DNA of 64,000 nucleotides from Candidatus Dormibacteria bacterium (GTDB lineage Bacteria; Chloroflexota; Dormibacteria; Aeolococcales; Bog-877): NCBI GenBank assembly GCA_046703825.1, contig JBJKSO010000087.1, positions 57,503 to 121,502 of the forward strand, read 5' to 3'. Shown piece by piece: positions 58,996 to 64,000 of this stretch (position 1 is its first letter; each line of letters starts with the position of its first letter). The notes under the pieces were generated by a model. It saw only the letters and a program-made list of their open reading frames with translations, ran no database searches and was not told where the DNA came from. The position numbers and the translations under genes were made by a program.

Positions 58996-59497
58996 AGAGC
59001 ACCCCCGACAGGATCGAGCATGCCATCGTAGGGATTCTTGCAGCTACCCCCCTGGTGGACTGGTGACTCCGCGGTTCCGCGCTCTCACGGACGGCCATCG
59101 CGACCGACCGCCAAACCCCTGACGCCGACCTGGTCGTGGCTGCCGGGACGTCGACTGGACGGCTGCTCGCCGGGCTCAGGATCGATCTGCCGGTTCGGCC
59201 ATCGCGGAGCATTCCTTCGAACCGGGCCGCTGGGTTGCTCTCGCGGAGACACGCCGCTGCAGTGGACGTCTCCACCGGGTGCACCTCCATTCGTCCCGAC
59301 CTTCACGCGGTCGCCGGCTCGGTGGCTGCGCTGACCGGGCTTCACATGGCCTGGAGGCATCAGTGGCCACTAGCTAATGCACGCCTCAGGAGCCCGCCTG
59401 CCTGCCGGAAGCCGAGGCCCTGGTCACCGAACGCTGCGCCAGCGGGGGACAGCCCGGAGCAGCTGCAGATCCGAGTTGGCGGGTGCCGAGCCGCGGA

Positions 59498-59710
59498 CTA
59501 AAGCGGTCCCGGTGTCCGGCTGCGAAAGCGCCGCATCCCGACACCCGCGAGCACCAGCAGCGACAGCACTCCGCCCCTGATGGCCAGTACCACCGAGTGG
59601 TCCACGATCCCGTAGGCAACCAGGCCGAACCCAAGCAGAAGCACGACGCCGAGGATCAGCAACCGAGCTCGGGGCGATGCGCCACGCAGCAGCCGACCGA
59701 TAAAGAACAT
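59498..59710 (-). CDS. Small two-TM membrane protein
   Basis: A perfect AGGAGG lies 5 nt upstream of the ATG (MFFIGRLLRGAS...). It has two hydrophobic helices over 70 aa. The longer ORF to 59770 lacks an RBS. Confidence 0.5.
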   Translation of the reverse strand: MFFIGRLLRGASPRARLLILGVVLLLGFGLVAYGIVDHSVVLAIRGGVLSLLVLAGVGMRRFRSRTPGPL

Positions 59711-59778
59711 ACATTCCTCCTCTGGGCCGGCCCATCGTAGCAGTGAGGCTTTGGCCGACGCCGTGCTCAAACCGCGGC

Positions 59779-61074
59779 TTACACCGTTTGGCAGTAGGCG
59801 ACCAGGGCTCGAACCAGGTGGTACGGATCCTCGGAGCCAGCCAGCTCCCGGGTGGAATGCATCGCCAGAGCCGGCAGCCCGATGTCAACGGTGGGAACGC
59901 CGAGACTGGCGGCCAAGTGGGGCCCGATGGTGCTGCCACAGGTTAGGTCGCCGCGATGCGAGTACCACTGCACCGGGACATCGGCCCGGCGGCAGGCCGA
60001 CGCAAAGCGCGCCGACGTCTCAGCGTCGGTGGCGTAGCGCTGGGCCGAGTTCACCTTGATCGCCGGGCCGTGGTTGAGATGGATCAGATGCGACGGTTCG
60101 TAGCGCTCTGGATAGTTGGGGTGGACGGCGTGGCCCACGTCCACCGAGACGACCTCGCTGCGGCTCAGCCCCCTCAGGAACTCCTCCCTACCCCCACCGA
60201 TGGCCAGGCTGAGCCTCTCCAGCACCCGCGGCAGGAGCTGCCCGGCGGCGCCAGTGGCCGAGACGCTGCCGATCTCCTCGTGGTCGAAGAGCGCCAGCAC
60301 CACCGGCTTGCGCGCCGTTCCCGAGGCGGACAGCTCGATCAGGGCACTCAGACCGCAGTAGGACGACAGCAGGTTGTCCAGCCGCGGCGCACTGATGAAC
60401 TCCCCCTCGCGACCCGCCACCGCGGGGGCTTCCAGCGGGTGAAGCATGGCGTCCCAGCTGAGCACCGCCTGAGGCTCTACTCCGAGCTCGGAAGCGAGAA
60501 ACTCCGCGAAGCCGGAACTTGTGCTCTCGTCGAGTCCCCACACCGGCAGCAACTGTGTCTGCCGGTTGAGCCGCACTCCCTTGTCGTTCACTTCGGAGTC
60601 CAGATGCACTGCCAGCTGCGGCACCCGAGCCAGCGGACGGCTCACGTCGAAGTGGCGGGTTTCGGGTCCGTCGGCTCCTTCGATCACCGCCCGGCCGGCG
60701 ACCCCCAGGTCGCGGTCCAGCCAGGAGTTGAGCAGCGGCTTTCCGTACATCTCCACCGCCAGCTGACGGTATCCCGCCTGCGACAGGTCCGGGTGAGGGC
60801 GCACGCGGAGGTTGGGACTGTCGGTGTGGGCCCCGATGACCAGGCAGCCTCCGTCGGGGGCGGAATCCTGGGGGACCAGCAGCGCCACCAGAGTCCCGCC
60901 TTGAATCACATACCAGCGGCTGCCGAGTGGCCATTCGCCGTCCAGGCCGGCTGGCTGGAACCCCGACTCATCGAGCCGGGCGGCCGCACGGCGGCAGGCG
61001 TGGTAGGGCGTCGGCGATGCGGCGATGAAGCCCAGCAACCCCTGGGCCTCTTCAAGAGCAGCTCCGGTCGGCAC
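59779..61074 (-). CDS. M18-family aminopeptidase (aspartyl aminopeptidase-like)
   Basis: SPTPYHA, a VIGAHTDSPNLRV His box, and DHEEIGS and SADMAH-like GLPALAMHS motifs. The length is 431 aa. Confidence 0.85.
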   Translation of the reverse strand: MPTGAALEEAQGLLGFIAASPTPYHACRRAAARLDESGFQPAGLDGEWPLGSRWYVIQGGTLVALLVPQDSAPDGGCLVIGAHTDSPNLRVRPHPDLSQAGYRQLAVEMYGKPLLNSWLDRDLGVAGRAVIEGADGPETRHFDVSRPLARVPQLAVHLDSEVNDKGVRLNRQTQLLPVWGLDESTSSGFAEFLASELGVEPQAVLSWDAMLHPLEAPAVAGREGEFISAPRLDNLLSSYCGLSALIELSASGTARKPVVLALFDHEEIGSVSATGAAGQLLPRVLERLSLAIGGGREEFLRGLSRSEVVSVDVGHAVHPNYPERYEPSHLIHLNHGPAIKVNSAQRYATDAETSARFASACRRADVPVQWYSHRGDLTCGSTIGPHLAASLGVPTVDIGLPALAMHSTRELAGSEDPYHLVRALVAYCQTV

Positions 61075-61107
61075 CCAGAGATTGTCTCAGCCGCGACCCC
61101 GTCGGGG

Positions 61108-63750
61108 TCAGTCGACCAGGGTGGCCTCGGCTGAGACAACTTCCGGGTTGGGGTCGGAGACCGCGGGCTCGCGACGCAGCTCGAGCCCGGACGGGTCGGC
61201 GTCGACGATGACTGTGTCGCCCTCAAGAAAGTCGCCCTTGAGCAGGGCCAGGGCCACCTTGTCCCCCAGCTGCCGCTGCAGCACCCGCCGCAACGGCCGG
61301 GCGCCGTAGACGGGGTCGTATCCCTGCTCGGCCAGCCAGGCAACAGCGGCGGGGAGAACCTGCAGGTTGAGCCGGCGGTCGGCCAGGCGCTCGCCCAGCT
61401 GACGCAGCTGCAGTTCCACGATCCGCTCGATCTGAGCCCGGTTGAGGCGCTGAAACAGGATCACGTCGTCGATGCGGTTCAGAAACTCCGGCCGGAAGTG
61501 CTGTCGCAGCTCCTGCATCACCGCCTCGCGCACCGACTGCTCCTGCCCCTCGCTCGGGTGGTCTGGCAGCTGGGCGATCAAGGGACTGCCCAGGTTGCTG
61601 GTCATGATCACGACGCAGTTGCTGAAGTCCACCGTCCGGCCCTTGCCGTCGGTGAGACGGCCGTCGTCGAGCAGCTGCAGCAGGATGTTGAACACGTCCG
61701 GATGCGCTTTCTCGATCTCGTCCAGCAGCAGCACCGCAAACGGGCGGCGGCGTACCGCCTCGGTCAAGTGGCCACCCTCGTCATAGCCGACGTAGCCCGG
61801 CGGGGCTCCCACCAGACGAGCCACCGAGTGCTTCTCCATGTACTCGCTCATGTCCAAGCGCACCATGGCGTCCTCGGAGTCGAAGAGGAACTCCGCCAAA
61901 GCGCGCGCCACCTCGGTCTTGCCCACTCCGGTCGGCCCCAGGAATATGAAGCTGCCCAGCGGCCGGCGGGGGTCGTTGAGGCCGGCCCGCGCCAGGCGTA
62001 CCGCGCTGGCTACGGCCGTGATCGCCTCATCCTGGCCGACCACCCGCTCGTGCAGGCGGCCCTCCATCTCGAGCAGCTTGTGCATCTCACCCTCGAGCAT
62101 CCGCTGCACTGGGATGCCGGTCCAGCGGGAGACCACCTCGGCGACCTCCTCCTCCCCGACCTCCTCTTGGAGCAGGGGCGCGTCGCCCTGGTCGGCCGTG
62201 AGTCGGGTCTGCTGTTGCTCCAGCTGCCTGCGCAGCTCCGTCAGCTTGCCGTAGCGCAGCTCGGCCGCCTTGCCGAAGTCGGCCATCCGCTCTGCCCGCT
62301 CCGCCTCGAAGTTGGCGCGCTCGATCTCCTCCTTGGTCTGGCGGATCACCCCGATCGCCTGCTTCTCCTGCTCCCAGCGCTGGCGCAGGCCCACCGCCTG
62401 CTCGCGGAGATCAGCCAGCTCGCGCTCCAGATGGACCAGGCGCTCCCGCGAGGCGGCATCAGTTTCCTTGCGCAGCGCCTCGCGCTCGATCTCCAGCTGG
62501 CGACCGGCCCGCTCCACCTGGTCCAGCTCCACCGGCATCGAGTCAATCTCCATGCGCAGGCGGGAAGCCGCCTCGTCCACCAGGTCGATCGCCTTGTCGG
62601 GCAGGAACCGGCCGGAGATGTAGCGGCTCGAGAGCACCGCCGCCGCGACCAAAGCGGAGTCCTTGATCCGCACCCCGTGGTGCACCTCGTAGCGCTCGCG
62701 CAGCACGCGCAGGATGCTGATGGTGTCCTCCACCGAGGGCTCGCCCACGTAGACCGGTTGAAAGCGGCGCTCCAAGGCAGCATCCCGCTCGATGTGCTTG
62801 CGGTACTCGTCGTAGGTGGTGGCGCCGATCGCCCGCAGCTCACCCCGGGCCAGAGCCGGCTTGAGCATGTTGCTGGCGTCCATCGCCCCTTCGGCGGCAC
62901 CCGCCGCGATCAGGGTGTGCAGTTCGTCGATGAAAAGGATGATCCGCCCCTCGGCGGAGGTGACCTCTTTGAGCAGAGCCTTGAGCCGGTCCTCGAACTC
63001 TCCCCGGTACTTGGTGCCGGCGACCAGCGAGCCCAGGTCGAGCGCCACCACCCGGCGGTCGCGCAGGGTCTCCGGGACGTCGCCGGAGGCGATCCGCTGG
63101 GCTAGGCCCTCGACGATCGCCGTCTTGCCCACCCCCGGGTCCCCGATCAGCACCGGGTTGTTCTTGGTCCTGCGGGCGAGCACCTGCATGGTGCGGCGGA
63201 TCTCCTCGTCCCGGCCGATCACAGGGTCCAACTTGCCGCCACGGGCCTGCTCAGTCAGGTCGCGGGCATACCGCTCCAGCACCTGCAGCTTGTTCTCGGG
63301 ATTGGGGTCGGTGACCCGCTGCCCCTGACGCAGCCCCTCGAGCGCGCGCAGGAGCCGCTCCCGGGTGAGGCCGGCGGAGCGGAGCATCCCAGCGGCCGGG
63401 CCTCCGGCACCCGCCAGGCCGAGCAGCAGGTGTTCGGTCGAGCAGTACTCGTCCGAGAGCTGCTCCATCTCCTGCCAAGCCCGTCGCAGCACCTCATCCA
63501 GGGAGCGCGACATCTGCGGCTCCGATCCCTGCTGGCGAGGACGCCGCTCCAGCTCGTCCGAGACCCGGGCGCGGACTTGCGCCGGGTCCACCTCCACCTG
63601 GCGCAGCAGCGGCGCCACCACCCCGTCGCTCTGCTGCAGCAAGGCCGAGAGCAGGTGCTCCGGGTCAACCTCGGGATGCTCCAGGGTAGTGGCCAGCTGC
63701 TGCGCCTCAGCCAGCGCCTCCTGGCTTCGCTGGGTGAAGCGGTCAAGACG
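61108..63750 (-). CDS. clpB: ATP-dependent chaperone ClpB
   Basis: [19 protein letters not shown]-domain, two AAA+ modules ([15 protein letters not shown] and GPTGVGKTE), and the long coiled-coil M-domain. The ORF opens at 63774; I used the conserved internal Met. Confidence 0.95.
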   Translation of the reverse strand, partial: RLDRFTQRSQEALAEAQQLATTLEHPEVDPEHLLSALLQQSDGVVAPLLRQVEVDPAQVRARVSDELERRPRQQGSEPQMSRSLDEVLRRAWQEMEQLSDEYCSTEHLLLGLAGAGGPAAGMLRSAGLTRERLLRALEGLRQGQRVTDPNPENKLQVLERYARDLTEQARGGKLDPVIGRDEEIRRTMQVLARRTKNNPVLIGDPGVGKTAIVEGLAQRIASGDVPETLRDRRVVALDLGSLVAGTKYRGEFEDRLKALLKEVTSAEGRIILFIDELHTLIAAGAAEGAMDASNMLKPALARGELRAIGATTYDEYRKHIERDAALERRFQPVYVGEPSVEDTISILRVLRERYEVHHGVRIKDSALVAAAVLSSRYISGRFLPDKAIDLVDEAASRLRMEIDSMPVELDQVERAGRQLEIEREALRKETDAASRERLVHLERELADLREQAVGLRQRWEQEKQAIGVIRQTKEEIERANFEAERAERMADFGKAAELRYGKLTELRRQLEQQQTRLTADQGDAPLLQEEVGEEEVAEVVSRWTGIPVQRMLEGEMHKLLEMEGRLHERVVGQDEAITAVASAVRLARAGLNDPRRPLGSFIFLGPTGVGKTEVARALAEFLFDSEDAMVRLDMSEYMEKHSVARLVGAPPGYVGYDEGGHLTEAVRRRPFAVLLLDEIEKAHPDVFNILLQLLDDGRLTDGKGRTVDFSNCVVIMTSNLGSPLIAQLPDHPSEGQEQSVREAVMQELRQHFRPEFLNRIDDVILFQRLNRAQIERIVELQLRQLGERLADRRLNLQVLPAAVAWLAEQGYDPVYGARPLRRVLQRQLGDKVALALLKGDFLEGDTVIVDADPSGLELRREPAVSDPNPEVVSAEATLVD

Positions 63751-63806
63751 CATGGCAAACCTCCAAAAGTTCACTCATGGATTCGGTATACCCTGCCCTA
63801 TCGCCG

Positions 63807-64000
63807 CTAAACCGAGGGCTCGGCGAGCCACTCCCGGATTCTCGCCACCGGCTCTCGCGCCGCCCAGAACGGCATGAGGTGTCCCTGACCGGGCACCACC
63901 ATCAGCGGGATCCCCGGATAGTGGCGCAACTGGTCTCGGGCCGGGGCGAGGGGGACATCCGTGTCCTTTTCCCCCCAGACGACTAGGACCCGGCCCGCCA
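63807..64000 (-). CDS. Alpha/beta-hydrolase C-terminal fragment; the 5' end lies outside the window
   Basis: The minus-strand frame reads ...AGRVLVVWGEKDTDVPLAPARDQLRHYPGIPLMVVPGQGHLMPFWAAREPVARIREWLAEPSV-stop. This is the typical catalytic-His tail, and GC3 is very high. Confidence 0.5.
   Translation of the reverse strand, partial: AGRVLVVWGEKDTDVPLAPARDQLRHYPGIPLMVVPGQGHLMPFWAAREPVARIREWLAEPSV

Noticed and set aside
59956-63105. Plus-strand ORFs of 392 aa (59956-61134) and 535 aa (61498-63105)
   Set aside because: They are antisense to the M18 aminopeptidase and ClpB. Both sense genes are unambiguous.

Overview
This 64 kb window is about 70% GC and looks like an actinobacterial chromosomal segment. 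I call about 55 protein-coding genes, two tRNAs on the minus strand (tRNA-Gln anticodon TTG at 34325-34396, tRNA-Thr anticodon CGT at 52102-52176), and one truncated IS-type transposase remnant next to the tRNA-Gln. I see no rRNA and no CRISPR array. Because of the GC content almost every real gene is shadowed by long antisense or frameshifted ORFs, so I made calls from recognisable protein motifs, third-codon-position GC (GC3), and ribosome-binding sites (RBS).

Gene content is mostly housekeeping and metabolic: ClpB, threonine synthase, prephenate dehydratase, MoaA, NDH-2, a soluble transhydrogenase, the CBS plus CGL reverse-transsulfuration pair, an ATP-dependent DNA ligase, a copper P-type ATPase, an M18 aminopeptidase and an acetoacetyl-CoA synthetase. 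Several accessory-looking modules sit among them:

1. A three-gene SipW-type module at 1619-5179. Two paralogous secreted proteins carry TasA/camelysin-like SipW-cognate N-termini. The larger one has an inserted LamG/ConA-like lectin domain. The third gene is an S26-type signal peptidase with an unusual polytopic C-terminal extension. This is my best candidate for an undescribed system.
2. A type III polyketide synthase flanked by an FAD oxidoreductase, an ICMT-family membrane methyltransferase and a Zn-ADH-type quinone oxidoreductase at 5218-8835. This is the srsABC-like logic for phenolic lipids and alkylquinones.
3. A galactoside/galactomannan-type utilisation cluster at 18369-25002: GH5, an unassigned 693 aa secreted TIM-barrel-like protein, a GH36 alpha-galactosidase and galactokinase.
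4. An HpnH-like radical-SAM gene divergent from a MerR regulator, with stacked dyads in a low-GC, probably leaderless, promoter.
5. A DMSO-reductase-family molybdoenzyme whose 4Fe-4S subunit is fused to an NrfD-like membrane anchor, next to a 900 bp non-coding stretch.
6. A DedA and winged-HTH fusion protein.
7. Two small unannotated ORFs with good coding signatures. One is Cys-rich with a YHS/TRASH-like Cys pattern. The other is 59 aa with a perfect Shine-Dalgarno.
8. A textbook intrinsic terminator in a 730 bp gene-poor gap, and a hairpin with a U-tract immediately upstream of an orphan ABC substrate-binding protein gene with a 750 bp leader.
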